Assembly (NCBI GenBank): GCA_951804945.1
Contig: OX638153.1
Coordinates: 34,906,001-34,970,000, forward strand
From: Podarcis cretensis
Lineage: Eukaryota
DNA: 64,000 nucleotides
Reading direction: 5' to 3'
Part shown: in pieces, positions 36,961 to 49,852 of the stretch
Position numbering within the stretch: position 1 is the first letter of the stretch
Layout of the letters: each line of letters starts with the position of its first letter
Position numbers and translations under genes: made by a program
The notes under the pieces: generated by a model
What the model was told of the DNA's origin: nothing
Seen by the model: the letters and a program-made list of their open reading frames with translations, nothing else
The model's database searches: none

Positions 36961-38151
36961 ATTTTAGTTAACTAGACTGCAGTCTAATGCTAGTTAACCC
37001 CTGTTCTCTTCACACGCTTTAGCTGACTTATTACTGGTTTCAACCTACGGTATATTTTTGTAGGCTACTTTGAAAATGTTCCTTTAAAGTGGGTCAGAAA
37101 TTCATCATTCTCAGCATTAGAATTTATATACCGCCCTATACCCAGAGGTCTCAGAAATCATTTTAATGTAATCATTTAACGAATAAATTGTCTGAAATAT
37201 CTGCCAGGGGCAACAAAAGACAAATGCATAAAAGCAGCTGGTGTCGAGGTGAGCACTGACATCTGGATTGAGGCAGAAGGTTGTGGTGTGTATGTAGATA
37301 CAATATTAATTATTCCTTAATTGAAATAATTTGTTATTAAATCTGATATTGCATCACAAGTCCATAATATCACAGAACTAGATTCAGCTTAGCAATGTAT
37401 TTATACCGCAGAAGGTTAAACAGGAAGAAATTTGCTTTTAATGCAGCGATATATATATATATATATATATATATAGGCTTTTGAAAAAGATAGATATTCT
37501 CATTGATTATTTTTAAAAACCAAGGCAGAATGGCGTTCTCTAAAACATTTTACCCTCTATGTTTAATCTTCAGCATTGCTTCACAATATGAATTAGGTCA
37601 CAAAGAGTAATAATCTATTTTCACTGGGACAGAAAGATGCGGCCAATATGAGGCGAGATCTTCAGGGCTGCTATATTTTATACAAAAAGATAAAACTGCA
37701 CACGTTTCTAAGAGCAGCCAGGGTCAACTAATAAATCAGAGTGATAGGGCAAAGTGCCGTAGCAGAGCACTACATAAAGCTTTCTAATCTAAGATATAAA
37801 TCCAAGATGAAATGTTGTCATCCAGCAAGAGAGACAGACACAGCACTGGGGCAGTGTGGCTTGAAACATAGCAGAGGGCAGCACTGGAACATGCTGATTT
37901 CAGTACTGAGTGAGATTGCTCAGCGGTTCTTGCAGAATTGAGCCCACATGGCAAGATGAGGATAAATCATATAGCAAAGCAAAAAAAAAAAAAAAAAAAA
38001 AAAAAAAGTGACATAAAAACTAATGGCTATGCCCATCTCTGAATATCAGTTATTAGTGGGGAATGAGTGCCATTTCAGAAGTTTAATTTTCAGTGTATGT
38101 TGAAAGCATAGTATCTGAGGGATAGAAGCATGTTTTAAAAAATGATATATA

Positions 38152-38377
38152 CAGTGGTTCCTCAGGTTACAGATGCTTCAGGTTACAGACTCCGCTAACC
38201 CAGAAATAGTGCTTCAGGTTAAGAACTCTGCTTCAGGATGAGAACAGAAATTGTGCTCCGGCGGCACAGCAGCAGCAGGAGGCCCCATTACCTAAAGTGG
38301 TGCTTCAGATTAAGAACAGTTTCAGGTTAAGAACGGACCTCCAGAACGAATTAAGTACTTAACCCGAGGTACCACTG
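38152..38377. mobile_element. Tc1/mariner-Tigger-type MITE, 226 bp
   Basis: TA TSD at 38150-38151 and 38378-38379. TIRs CAGTGGTTCCTCAGGTTA / TAACCCGAGGTACCACTG, with internal repeats of CTTCAGGTTA. Confidence 0.92.
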
Positions 38378-38498
38378 TACATATTTCTGTGGGTCTCTCT
38401 CTCTCCCTTGTGTATACATACATATATTCTGTAATATGTGTAAGTGGTTCTAGTGATGTTCAGCACTGTGTTCCCTTGTCTGTGAATCGAGTACAGTA

Positions 38499-38630
38499 CA
38501 GGCAGCCCCCGATTGCACTCTGGGCCATTGCGTGTGATGGCAGAGCATGCATAAGCCCATGCCACCCTGTTATGGCCCCTTTCTGGCCACTTCCGGGTCA
38601 CAGTGATATGCACATAAATCAGTTGTTGCC
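38499..38630. mobile_element. Degenerate Tigger-like MITE (same family as 43371-43536)
   Basis: Starts TA|CAGGCAGCCCCC and shares internal CATTG(C/T)GTG(T/C)GAT(G/A)GCAG with the 43.4-kb copy. Confidence 0.55.
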
Positions 38631-38718
38631 CAAACATTGATATGAACTAATTACATTGGCTGTAATAGGATGAATTTTCACCCTCAAGGGTTTCACAGTA
38701 GCCTGGGTTCTGTTAAGG

Positions 38719-38889
38719 CAGAACTTTAACATTAGTGTGTGTCACGGCACATTAGTGTGTTGGCTGCAGCGTGTAGGTCTGTCGCACCTAGTTCAACCTC
38801 CAGTTTGTCAGTAAAACTGAATCACTGTGCTGCAAAATGATGTGTGTCTAAAAAGTGTGTCACCCACACGGAAAGTTTGGAAAGCTCTG
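38719..38889. mobile_element. hAT-Charlie-like non-autonomous element
   Basis: CAGAACTTT... start and ...AGTTTGGAAAGCTCTG end, with repeated GTGTGTC subterminal motifs. Confidence 0.6.
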
Positions 38890-39550
38890 TATTAAGGGGT
38901 CAATGTTGCTGGCTGTGGGAGCAAAGGAAGGAAAGGAGAAGTGCGACGAGATAATCTTCCATTATGTTGATGATATATGCCTTAACCAGTGCTGCGCGTT
39001 ACTACAGACGGTAATGGCAAGCAACAACAGCTATTCTTGTGTATCTTGGGCCAAAATGAAATGGTTTAATTTTACCTTTCCCTTGTATCATCTGATAATC
39101 AAACGTATGAATAAGGTCAAAAGGCCATGGCTTCCTATTTTACTATTTATAAAACTGTTTTCATCCTGTCTTTCACTTAAAAATATGTCTTAAGGAAAAG
39201 TTACATACTTGTTCAAACTTCTCTGAAGCAACACCCTAAGGCAGTATTATAACACCACACTCTTTAAATAGTAGCTCATCAGCCTTAAGTTTACCCATGA
39301 ATAATTCATTATTAAAACAGTCATTTTCTGCTCTTCAGTCCTTTAATTACTTGGCTGTCTGTTAGGCTCTGCTCCAATTGTTCACTCAGAACCACTCAGG
39401 ATTATACCAGATGAAATAACCAGAAAAGAGCCCCGTGTTTAAAAAAAATATCACAAATGATGTAAATATATGAAATTATGGTTTATTTATTTATTTAGAA
39501 ATCCAAAGAAATTCAATTTTTTTCTTTGTAAGAATAAGCTTATAACAATT

Positions 39551-39593
<43 letters not shown>

Positions 39594-39896
39594 GTAACTT
39601 CTCCTTTAACAACAATTAGCACTTCTGACCAGCACCCTATCTTCCATGTACTGAAATATAGAAACTAAAAAATATTTCCCAAAGGCTGTTGGGGAAAGAA
39701 ATAACAGCAAAAGGGTAAAGTATGGATTCTGACCTGCTGGGAGCCTGAAAGCCCCCGGTTCCTGCCTCTTTCCACCTGGCCTAGGGCGGGGCCTGACAGG
39801 CTTCATAAGAACTGCTGCTGCTCCTGCCCAGCAAGGACTGGGGTATTTTGGGGAAAGTTTTGTCAGGAGTTTTTGCTGTTATTTATATTAATTATA

Positions 39897-40250
39897 ACAC
39901 AGGTGGTGCTGTGGTCTAAACCACTGAGCCTTGGGCTTGCTGATCAGAAGGTCAGCGGTTCGAATCCACACGATGGGGTGAGCTCCCGTTGCTCGGTCCC
40001 AGCTCCTGCCAACCTAGCAGTTTGAAAGCACGTCAAAGTGCAAGTAGATAAATAGGTACCGCTCTGGCGGGAAGGTAAACGACATTTCCGTGCGCTGCTC
40101 TGGTTTCAGTGTTCTGTTGTGCCAGAAGCGCTTTACTCATGCTGGCCACATGACCTGGGAAAATCATCTGCGGACAAACCCCGGCTCCCTTGGCCTTTAA
40201 AGCGAGATGAGCGCCACAACTCCAGAGTCGTCTGCAACGGGGTCCTTTTT
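39897..40250 (+). mobile_element. Sauria SINE, near full-length
   Basis: CAGGTGGTGCTGTGGTCTAAACC head, GGTTCGAATCC B box, CCTGCCAACCTAGCAG core and an eroded 3' tail. Confidence 0.92.
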
Positions 40251-40254
40251 ATAT

Positions 40255-40442
40255 AATTTTTTTTGTTTCTTTATTTTTATGTGGAGATTGTTCAGTTTGG
40301 TTATGTAGTTTTGATGTTATTTATGTATTTTTATGACTACTTTGCTATGTTTGTAATTATGTAAATCTTTTCATATTGTAAGCCGCCTTGAGCATTGTTT
40401 TAACTGTGGAAAGGCGGCATACAAATAAAATGATGATGATGT
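40255..40442 (+). mobile_element. L2-type 3' UTR/tail, directly following the SINE
   Basis: T-rich tract then TGTAAGCCGCCTTGAGC...AAGGCGGCATACAAATAAA(ATG)n, a terminal stem-loop of the L2 type. Confidence 0.7.
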
Positions 40443-41562
40443 CAAAAAATAAAAACAAAAATATTAAAAATCCATCTCATAACATAAAACCAAGGACAGG
40501 ATGAAACTAGCATTGAGGTAGGAGAGACAAACTTAAAATTAAAAGCTAGGAAAAAAAATTCTAAATTCTGAAGAACTGGCCTGAAGCGTAAATGAGAGGA
40601 AAGTAACTAAACTGCTCAACCTGAAAACACATTTTTGCAAGAATTTTCACCCCCCCCCCACACACACATTATACAGAGGGTAAATGATACAGCTAATTAG
40701 TATTATTTTTTATATGCAGACCACTAGAGGAAGTGCATGACTGATGCACCACCCATTCTTTACTGCTCTCCTGCAGTGAGTAAAATCCATCACTAATTAT
40801 AGAAATGGTGAATGAATGCTGAGGAGAGCACCATGTTCTGAGTTACAGCATTTCAGTGTTCATCAATATAATATTTATGAGATGGCTGTGCATACATGGC
40901 CTAATTGAATTTCAGAAAAGTTAAAGCAGTTTTAAATCCCTTCTGAACAATTTTGCAGAGCTAACACCCTAATTTATAAAACCACCAGCAGATGATCACA
41001 AGGTACATTTTAATCTGCTTGCAATTCAATGTTTTCTGGATTTCAACACACTTTTTTATTTGCTTAAAACAAAGATGGTGTGTCATCGCTGGGTCAATCC
41101 TTTCGTTTCTATCACAACTACACAACAAAACACCAACACAACTTTTTAAAATGCCTCACTAGAAGATATATTCCTAGGGGTTGACAAATACCATGAAGGA
41201 AATTATGTAAATCCTTTACTTCTTTAGCTTCACACATTGGCTTAGATTCATACATTTGTGAAATGGGCATGGGCCACTATAGAACAGGGTCAGTGCCAAA
41301 CTGGAGACCCAACAAGAGAAAAATGATATGACACTATGTATGATCTAGTTGAGATTCCTGCAGAGGGTTGTGTTACAGTTAGATGATCCTTGGGGTCTCT
41401 TTCAACTCCATGATTCTATGAATCCATTACCACAATGGTATGGATAGTATTGTTATTCTGGTTATAAAGAAATTACCCCAAGCACATAAGATGATAACTT
41501 TTCCTTTATTACATAACCAAAGACCATGTTTCTTGTTGTGGGTGGCGGGGATCTGCTATGAC

Positions 41563-41711
41563 CAGTGTATTTTTCTGGGGAGTACATAGGGGTATGCATA
41601 CCCCTAAACATTTTGTGAATCTAAGTTTGGCCTCATTGAGGGGCAGTATTTCAATATGAATAGGAAAACGAGAGTACCCCTAATTTTTTTTTTTTTAAGG
41701 AAAAAGCACTT
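41563..41711. mobile_element. Short hAT-like MITE
   Basis: Imperfect TIRs CAGTGTATTTTTCT / GGAAAAAGCACT and a duplicated TACCCCTAA subterminal motif. Confidence 0.7.
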
Positions 41712-42334
41712 TTACTGTAATCCTGTGTACACCTACCTAATAGTAAGTACCATTAAAATCAGTGGGCTCTACTTCTGAGTAAACCTAATTAGTATTGTGC
41801 TTCACATAGTGTACAAGAATCAGAGAACTTGTGCCCCCAGTTACACCAATCAATAGTGCAATCCTATGCACAGTTTGCGTGGAAGTAAACCACACTAAAC
41901 TCTAAGTAAAACCAGGCATAGGACTGCTTCAGATTTATAAGCATTGCCACATATTTCTTACCAGTGGAGATACTGCAGTGAGGTGACTGAAGGTGGCAGG
42001 GGAGGAAACAGGAGGCTACAGAGGAGCAGGCAGCAGTGAGGGGGCAGAAGAGGGTGAGGAAAGTGGCTGACAAGTATGGATGGCGGAGAGATGCACACTC
42101 CTCATGGACCCGGATCTGCCATACCCTCCCAGCTGCCCCCAGCCTGCCACCTGAGGCGGCTGACTCACAAAGCCTTATGGGTGGGCCAGCTCTGTTCTTG
42201 CAGAATGTAACAAACTTAGGGGGAGAAAGAAGTTTGCATTTCTTAGTACAAATGCTCTCTGCTGTGAGAAAATGACCTTCTAGCTGTGAAAAGTTAATGG
42301 GCAGATTTCTATATAACTATGCTATTTAATAATG

Positions 42335-42482
42335 GAAGAACAGCATGTGGCATCAGGACAATGGCTCATCTAGTCCAGCATCCAGTGGGCAAGCAGATGC
42401 CTGTGGGAAACTCACAGGTAGCACATGAGCACAACAGCCTCTGCCCACCTCCAGTTCATATTGCCTCTTGACCTCCGAGGAA
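42335..42482 (-). mobile_element. CR1 3' UTR remnant
   Basis: ATCAGGACAATGGCTCATCTAGTCCAGCATCC...CAGATGCCTGTGGGAA is the reverse of the tail type seen at 33270-33370. Confidence 0.6.
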
Positions 42483-43370
42483 GGGCATTTATCTACTTGT
42501 CATTTGTTATATGGTCACGTTGATAACAACAGGAAATAGAATAAAATCCCCATGAAACCAAGCCCTAACAAAAGCATCTTACAGAATGGCAGGTGGATTG
42601 GCTCACTTGTTTATGTTTCATGGAACTATTGCTTTATGGACCTCTTTTATTCCCTTGAACATATTATTTGATTAAAGTGCACTGAGATTCTTGGTTGTCT
42701 AGGCTGAACTGTAGTAAGCTACTGTTTAGAAATCAATGTGCTTTGCTGGCACAGACTGTGCAATCTAATGTTCAGAACTAGTTTTGTTTTTGTGTTAGCT
42801 AGACTTTAGAATTTAATAATCTTCCTCTCTTCTTCCCGAAGTTTGGGACTGACTTCCCCATACCTTTTATTCTAGACTCCTTTATGCTCCCAGAGTGTTC
42901 TGTGCCACACTATTGCACTTGAATTTATCTTGAGTTTACAGATCAGTTTCTTTTTATGAGGTATGCTATTCAATTCTGTCAGCCTCTCCACTCTCATTAT
43001 TCACAGAGAGTTGAATACAAACCTGTTATGGGAGCACTGAACAATTGAGTCCTCCCCACTTCAAAAATACTTTTTAGTGACAAATACTTGAGTCTGACGA
43101 AACAAACAAAAAAAAAGGGTCGCTTTAACAGCTTGCTCTAAAAGCCAGTTAAACTGAAATGCTAGAATTTTGTTGATAGCATAGGGGAAACTATTTTTCT
43201 CCCATCCAATGATTCAGGGCTCACATATCCATACTTAAGACTCACACAGAGGTACGTGTGTGCATGACTGGAGTCATGGACTGCAATTTCTTACTTTATT
43301 TATAAAAAATATTTATAAACCAACCACCTGCATAAAATATCAAGGCAGTTTAAACCAATGCATACAGATA

Positions 43371-43536
43371 CAGGCAACCCCCAGTTTGCATGGGGGTTGC
43401 TTTCCGGGTCATTGTGTGCGATAGCAGGCCATGTGTAAGTCCACCCCACCACATTATGCCCTATTCAGTGTCCAACCATGGTGCATGCATGTACGGTCAT
43501 GCGTGCCTTGAACACACACAAAATGGTCTTTGTCTG
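43371..43536. mobile_element. Tigger-like MITE
   Basis: TA|CAGGCAACCCCC ... TTTGTCTG|TA. Confidence 0.6.
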
Positions 43537-44920
43537 TACGACACATATGCACCAGATCTATGCATGCATCTTTTGCTAAATGCCAACACTGTTGCTCAAA
43601 TCCAGTAAACATTGTAAATATTTAAAAGTCAGGTTTTTTACCTGGACCTCTGCTGGGTTGTTTTTTTTTTTTTTTAATGTTATTACTATCACCTTTTTTT
43701 CTATGCAAGTTAATGGGATATGTATCCCCCAAAATCTGTGGTTGGGGCAGAAAGTCCTATGTCTTAGCAATCACCCTTGCTGGGAAGATGACATTTCTCC
43801 CAGGACTCAACTAGACTGGTAAAGAAAAAACGATTTACCGTATATGCGTTGTATGGGCGATATGACATGGCACTACCAGATGGCGACATGGAGTCCCATT
43901 TTTTCTCTACCTGCTTTCCCTGGTTCAATTTACAATGCTTTAAACTGAAACACTTCTTTGATGTATCTAGATCCAGCCCCAGTCTTTCCTCAGGATCCAT
44001 GGTCTTCCCCCGCTCTTTCCCCCTCAATCTCTTCTCAAGTTAATGGAGAGATTTCTCTCCTCCAGTGAGAAGAACCAAAACTCAGGGGTAGGGGAGCCCA
44101 CCACCACCAAAGACCTTGCGATACGAGGGCCCTTGCTAGAAAGGGGACAGTTTCTTCCACTACCATCTTCTCTGGTGATCCAGAGTCTTTTTCCACCTAT
44201 ACAAGTCAAGAGAGAGATCTCTTGTCTCCAGGGAAAATAGGCTATAGCCCCCAAAATTGGGGGGTGGGCAAGGCACAGAAGTCCACTTCTCAGCAACAAC
44301 CCTTTGGGCAACAGGGACCTTACTGGGGATAGACATTTTCTCACATCAGTCTTTCTTGGGGATCCATGTTCCTTCCCCCTCCCCCACTACCTTCCTGCTA
44401 TGATTCCTATTTCACTCCCAGCTCCAAGGTGAGATCTGTTCTTAAGGGAGAACCACTGCAGGCATTCTGAAGCTTGCCCCTTCTGAAGGGGTATACTACA
44501 GTTCACATTATGTGGGGTAGGGAAAGGGGGAGTTGCAGCCATTTTTAGATTCCCTATTATAGTGAATGGGGCTGAAACCAGAGTTGTTAAAGTAAAACAA
44601 GTCAAATTGGAAAGGCCCAGAGTAACAAATCACACTGCTTCCCACAGCTACAAATACAAGCTAGATCTTGGGGCTGGTGTGCACACCATCCACACACACT
44701 GAGATGAGATGGGGGAGGGTATTATTTTTGTGTGAAAGAGCTTTCAATCATATTAGCTCTCACCTTTAGTCTAAAGTTGCACTGTGCATTGGAACAGACA
44801 GAAATGTTTGCACAGAATTGTGGTCTTAAGCTATTTTAGTTCAATGATCAGTATTATTCTTATACTATATATATTTAAAATAATTCACTGATATTAAGCA
44901 TGCCATAGGATGATGACTTG

Positions 44921-45447
44921 CAAGGCTGTCTTAAGCATATGTGGTGCTAGTGTGCAAAGATCTGCCTGGCGCCCCCCTGGTTGCCCAGAGTGGTCAACTC
45001 CCCCTTTTTTGGGGGGGGGATAAGCCCAAAGTTGACCTTTTTTTAGGGTGGGCCGGTGAGGCACACACGGCAGAGCTGGCCTGGCCGGCCATCTCAGCAA
45101 CAACAGAGGAGCCCGAGGCAGTGGCGGCAGAGCAAGGCCTGGGCCAGACACCGGGGAAGGAGCAATCAGAGCCCAGTGCAACACTGCCTGAGGCGGTGGC
45201 AACTGAGCAAAGCCAGGCACCTCGTGTTAGCAGCGTGCGCAGGAGGGCGGAGCCGGCCGGCTGACTCAGCTCCTCGCTTGCCCATAGCAGAAGAGCTGCG
45301 GTGCTCCGACGGGCTCTGCTCCGCTCAGCAGCGACTGTCGGCTCTTCCCAATTCCCGGACTCCAAATCTTGGCCCCGGACTCTCGGCCTGGCGCCCCTGA
45401 GAGCCCAGCGCCCTGCACCCCTAGCGCCTATGGGTAACACGGCCCTG
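44921..45447. mobile_element. Non-autonomous hAT transposon, 527 bp, CpG-rich
   Basis: Perfect 8-bp TSD ATGACTTG at 44913-44920 and 45448-45455. Imperfect TIRs CAAGGCTGTCTTAAGCAT / ATGGGTAACACGGCCCTG, with GGCGCCC subterminal motifs. Confidence 0.9.
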
Positions 45448-48400
45448 ATGACTTGGTGCTTTGATAATTCACATCCATTACAGTATGCTAAATAAAATCA
45501 TCATACAATTTCCAAGTTTAAAGATGTGATCTCATTACATAACAGCCTTTTTACCACCATCCTCACAACAGCATTTGCACATAAGAATCGCCTAATGGGC
45601 AATTTCAAGTAGCTTTTTTTTGCTACTGTGTATTAGCTAACAGTTTGTAAGAGAGCTGCACTTCAGCCATGCTAGATTATTCACAGTTTCATAAGGAGAA
45701 AGAGGATATTAAATTGTGCTATGAAGAAAGGAGAGATTATTCCTTGCCTCAAACAGTGCCTGTCAGCTATTCTCATTCAGTGCTTGTAAGACTACCAACC
45801 TAGATAAAATGCAGTTACTTTGAAAGATAATTTAAGTACCTTTGATTTTGATGAAACATCACAGGCAGAGAGATTTCTATCATGCATATGGAATGCTATC
45901 CATAAATAAAAACAAAACAGAAATCCAGAAAACCTTCCGAGATAAACCATATTAGATAAGGTTGAAAAAGAAAAGCTGTGCTCCTAAGCACATGTATTGG
46001 TAATAGTGCAATCCTATATATTAGCAGTGTGCAGAACCACAGAATTTGGTTCAGACCCTGCTTATGTGCTCTGCAGATCACCTGATTCAGCTTGGGGTCC
46101 TTAAAAAAAATCTAATTAAAACTCCTCTGCTTTGCTGTCTGATGGAGGCTGAAGTTCCAAAACCAGCCCTTAGTATCCTAAATGCAATCAGAGGGATGGG
46201 AATGGGATGGAGGGAAGTGCAACTGGATGTATTTGCAAAAGGAAAAGCTATTGAGAAGGCTTCCATGCACTTTTCTACTCTGCTTCCAGCCATTAGCTCC
46301 TATGTCAACAAGTTACCTACTTGTCCAACTCTTTGGTTATGTATAGAGAGAAATTTCTCTAGGGCCATGCCATTCTCAAAGGAAGTGGAAACTGATTTGA
46401 ACATTTTTTGAAGTTTCTTTTATGGCCTAATGCAATGTATGCAGAAAAAGGAAATTGCTAAAATGATACTGTATATCCATTATAGACACTTTATTTATTT
46501 ATTTATTTATTTATTTAGATCATTTTGATACTGCTTAATCTATATTTAAAAAAAAAATGAAAGTAGTGTTTACAAGCATATAATACGCGAGTGCACAATT
46601 GTAGTTGTTTATATTCTAATGCAAGCTGGAATGGGGAAACTGAGAGCAAGGAGCAAGACAGAAATTAGGGGGAAATGGTGCGGAATAACCCAACATTGAG
46701 ATTTTTTAGAATGGTTTTCATTTCTAGAGGGGAGGTGTCTGATACTTGTGTACATCTCATGTCATGCTTCTTATCGTTATTGATGGCTGATGTATTTAAA
46801 ATTAGGATGCAAAATTAGGGTGGAACTATACAACACAAAGAACAAAGGGCTCCTTCACTGAATAATATTTAGTTCAGCCTGATATCATTAAGATCCGCAC
46901 TAACAGCAGCCAATTATGTAGAGTAGGCAAAAGAAATGTTCATTGTAATAACATCAGGCACTAGAAAGAGAAAAACAGGTACTGTACTTGAAAAGGGGGC
47001 TATGGCTCCCAGCCTCAATTTTTCTTAACATGTGGTGTGGCCTGGGAATATTTAATTATAGTGTTTGTTCTGCAGGCTCACCACTTTCCCCATATACCTT
47101 ATGTTTCAAAGGAACAGTTTACATGTTATACAATTTGTAGCTCTTTCCCCAAATTACTATTTTTCCTTGCACATCAATCTCATTGTCCATGTGCTAGAAT
47201 CTAGCAGCTAGATAAAAGCAGAAAAAGACAGTATATAAATATTAATGAAGGTCAGATGGTAACTGCTTTTAAAATGTCAAAACTATCCTTGTGAACATTT
47301 AAATAGTGAGTTGTTGCTCAAGAAACACAGCTTATTTTCTTGTATAAACCAAGAACATGTGAAAATACATAATCGCAAGGAGAACAGCACACAGTTTGCA
47401 TGTATAGATGTCATATAATTAACGCACATAAGATGACATATTAATGGACATTAATTGTGCCTACAGGACTTGCTAGTATGCAATTTTGCAGGTGCAAAAG
47501 TAGTAATTAAGAAGCAAATTACAAATAACATTCACAAGTTGCTTGATGTGAAATTAACATGTATTTAATACATTTTGAATGAGCGGATACAAGACTTCCC
47601 ACATCCCCCAGGACTTGAGGGTCATTAAAAATGGTTCATCAAAATTCTAGCATTAGTATACCTTAATTGCATGGAATTATATGAAGTCTAGCTCATCAGA
47701 ATTCCACTGAAAAGTGAGATGGGGCAGAACTGCAGAGAAGATGGAAGGCATAAGGCTACAAGAGTGATGGAGAAAAAGAAGGCACCGACTCTCCTATAGG
47801 CAGTGAAACATGTATTCATTTTAAAAAGATTCATGCTAGCAGTGCAACTGCCGAAAGGCAATGTATTTTAAACCTAGTGAGCTTAATTTCAATGGAAACA
47901 TTTGTTAGACCAAGTAGCATAAGTTGGTCAAAACTTCTGTAGTGCCAGACCAGTCAGAAAAGACAAGGAAGTCTGGTAGAGAGGTATCTGGGACCCTGTT
48001 TTAACATTCCTTCAGGTCTTTTATCACTTACAGTTTTCAGCCAGTCTGACATCTAGGAGCACTATGTCAGCTGTACATGCTGAACTCAACTCTACAAAAA
48101 GCTGTGTTAACAATTGGACACGTGATTTCCCTTGAGCTGAAATCTTAATTGACTAGATATTTTACACTTTTTTTTCTCTGCGAGAGCTTGGAAAGACTGA
48201 GCCCAAGTGAGTTGTTACCAATCCTCCACAATTTCTGCTCTCCAAATTTTCTTAAACTTCCCTTGCAAGTTGAGGAAAGGGAACCTAACAGTGAAGGCTG
48301 ACAATGGCAGAGACCTCTTCCTGAGGTCTCTAAGCTCCCTAGCAGAAATTGATGCTTTTGGCTTTCTTGGCAACTATGGCTGCTATATGACTAAGGCATC

Positions 48401-49004
48401 CCCTACCATCTAAAGCCATTCTCCATTCCCACTGGAGGCTACGTTTAGGAGATTCTGAGCTGATTGTGGTGGGGTGGCTGTTAGGCTTCAGGTTGTAAAG
48501 AGCTGGGGATCATTCCTGAATTCACAATTCCAACCACAACCCCCATAACAGCACCAAGCACCACTATTAAATGAATGCCAAACCCAAATTGAGGACTGAG
48601 GTTAGTATCTGGTGCCGTGCTAATTCACATCCAATACAACGAGTATGAGTATGCTAAATACACTTTTAAAGTTGTTTTTTCCAACTTTGAAGGTGTGATC
48701 TCATTGTTCACTCACAGTGTTTAGTCTACAAGCGCTATGTGGACAAGTCTTCAGGAAAATGTCAATTTTGTAATTCCCTAGAAACAGAATTTCTGCTGAA
48801 GTAGACTATATGCCACTTGATCTTTTCACCTTATTTTTTTTTTCAAAGGACATCAGTTGTACCATAAACACCATTATCCAAGAGAAGATACTTTACTTCA
48901 GTAGAAGTGCCCCAGAAGTGGCTGGCATAGGTGAACTACTTTTGTAAACAAAAGACTTCCTACTATACTCTTCTTACTAACACAAAACATTAAAAGTTAA
49001 ATAC

Positions 49005-49068
49005 CTCTTCCAGGACATCAGCAAGCTTACTGAGTATCTCTTCAGGAAGGCTCTGGAATGTAGGAACG
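49005..49068 (-). CDS. PRKG1: PRKG1 internal coding exon (about exon 5 in human numbering), (S)VPTFQSLPEEILSKLADVLEE
   Basis: Minus strand reads ttatattacag|C GTT CCT ACA TTC CAG AGC ... GAA GAG|gtattt; 64 nt, phase 2 to 0. The peptide matches the PKG I region entering CNB-B as I recall it. Confidence 0.97.
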
Positions 49069-49814
49069 CTGTAATATAAAGTGAAAAAGGCCATAAGGGT
49101 ATAGATAAAATCACATCTAGATGCTCGTAACCACTTACAACAGCAAAGTAAGTTATAGCTTTTAAACAGGTTCAATAGTTCTTTTCCAAATAAAAGGTTA
49201 AATGCCAATTTTATATTTAGCTAGAAGCATCAAAGTGTTTAGAACATACTAACAGAAAAAATTGACACCATTTTAGGAGGCAGATCAGAAATTCTGTGTA
49301 TCTTTTCAAACTGTGTACATGCATATACTCATGAGGAACTTCTGTGTCTAGCAAAAGGAGATCAAGGACTGTAATATTAATCGGCACCACAATTTTAATG
49401 ATATTAGGTTATTCTGAGTTTTCCTGGCAATAAGGATGTGAGTAAGAATACAAAATAGAAAATCAGTGTTGCGCCAAAATTTGTCTTCTAATTTCTTAAA
49501 AGTTTTCTTTCACCAAAAAAAGAGGCTTCCATCTTTCTGCTCATTCATAGGGCACTTTAAAATTTCTTTAGAATTTTGGGAAGTGGGAGGTTGCACTTAT
49601 CACTGCTATATATGTGTTTTTCTTTCCATTAAACATTTCTCTAGCGCTCTGCTGCCGACTTTTCCTGATATGAAAATGCCCCATGGATAGAATTAACTCA
49701 TGTCTTTCCCTGGGCTTTAACTGAAGCATGGGAAGCTGGCTACAAAGTGCCGCAAATCAGCGTTCTTGGTGGTTTGTTTTTAAATGGGAAGTCCTTCCTT
49801 ATATTTACCTTGCC

Positions 49815-49852
<38 letters not shown>

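Noticed and set aside
37981-38007. A27 run as a processed-pseudogene tail or cryptic polypyrimidine tract
   Set aside because: No TSD or coding remnant upstream. On the transcribed strand no AG follows closely.
38165-38335. Regularly recurring CTTCAGGTTA units resembling a CRISPR-like array
   Set aside because: These are short subterminal repeats inside a TA-flanked Tc1/mariner MITE, in eukaryotic DNA, with no cas genes.
44894-45495. Cluster of 100-150-aa ORFs on both strands / apparent CpG-island promoter
   Set aside because: They lie almost entirely within the TSD-bounded hAT element.
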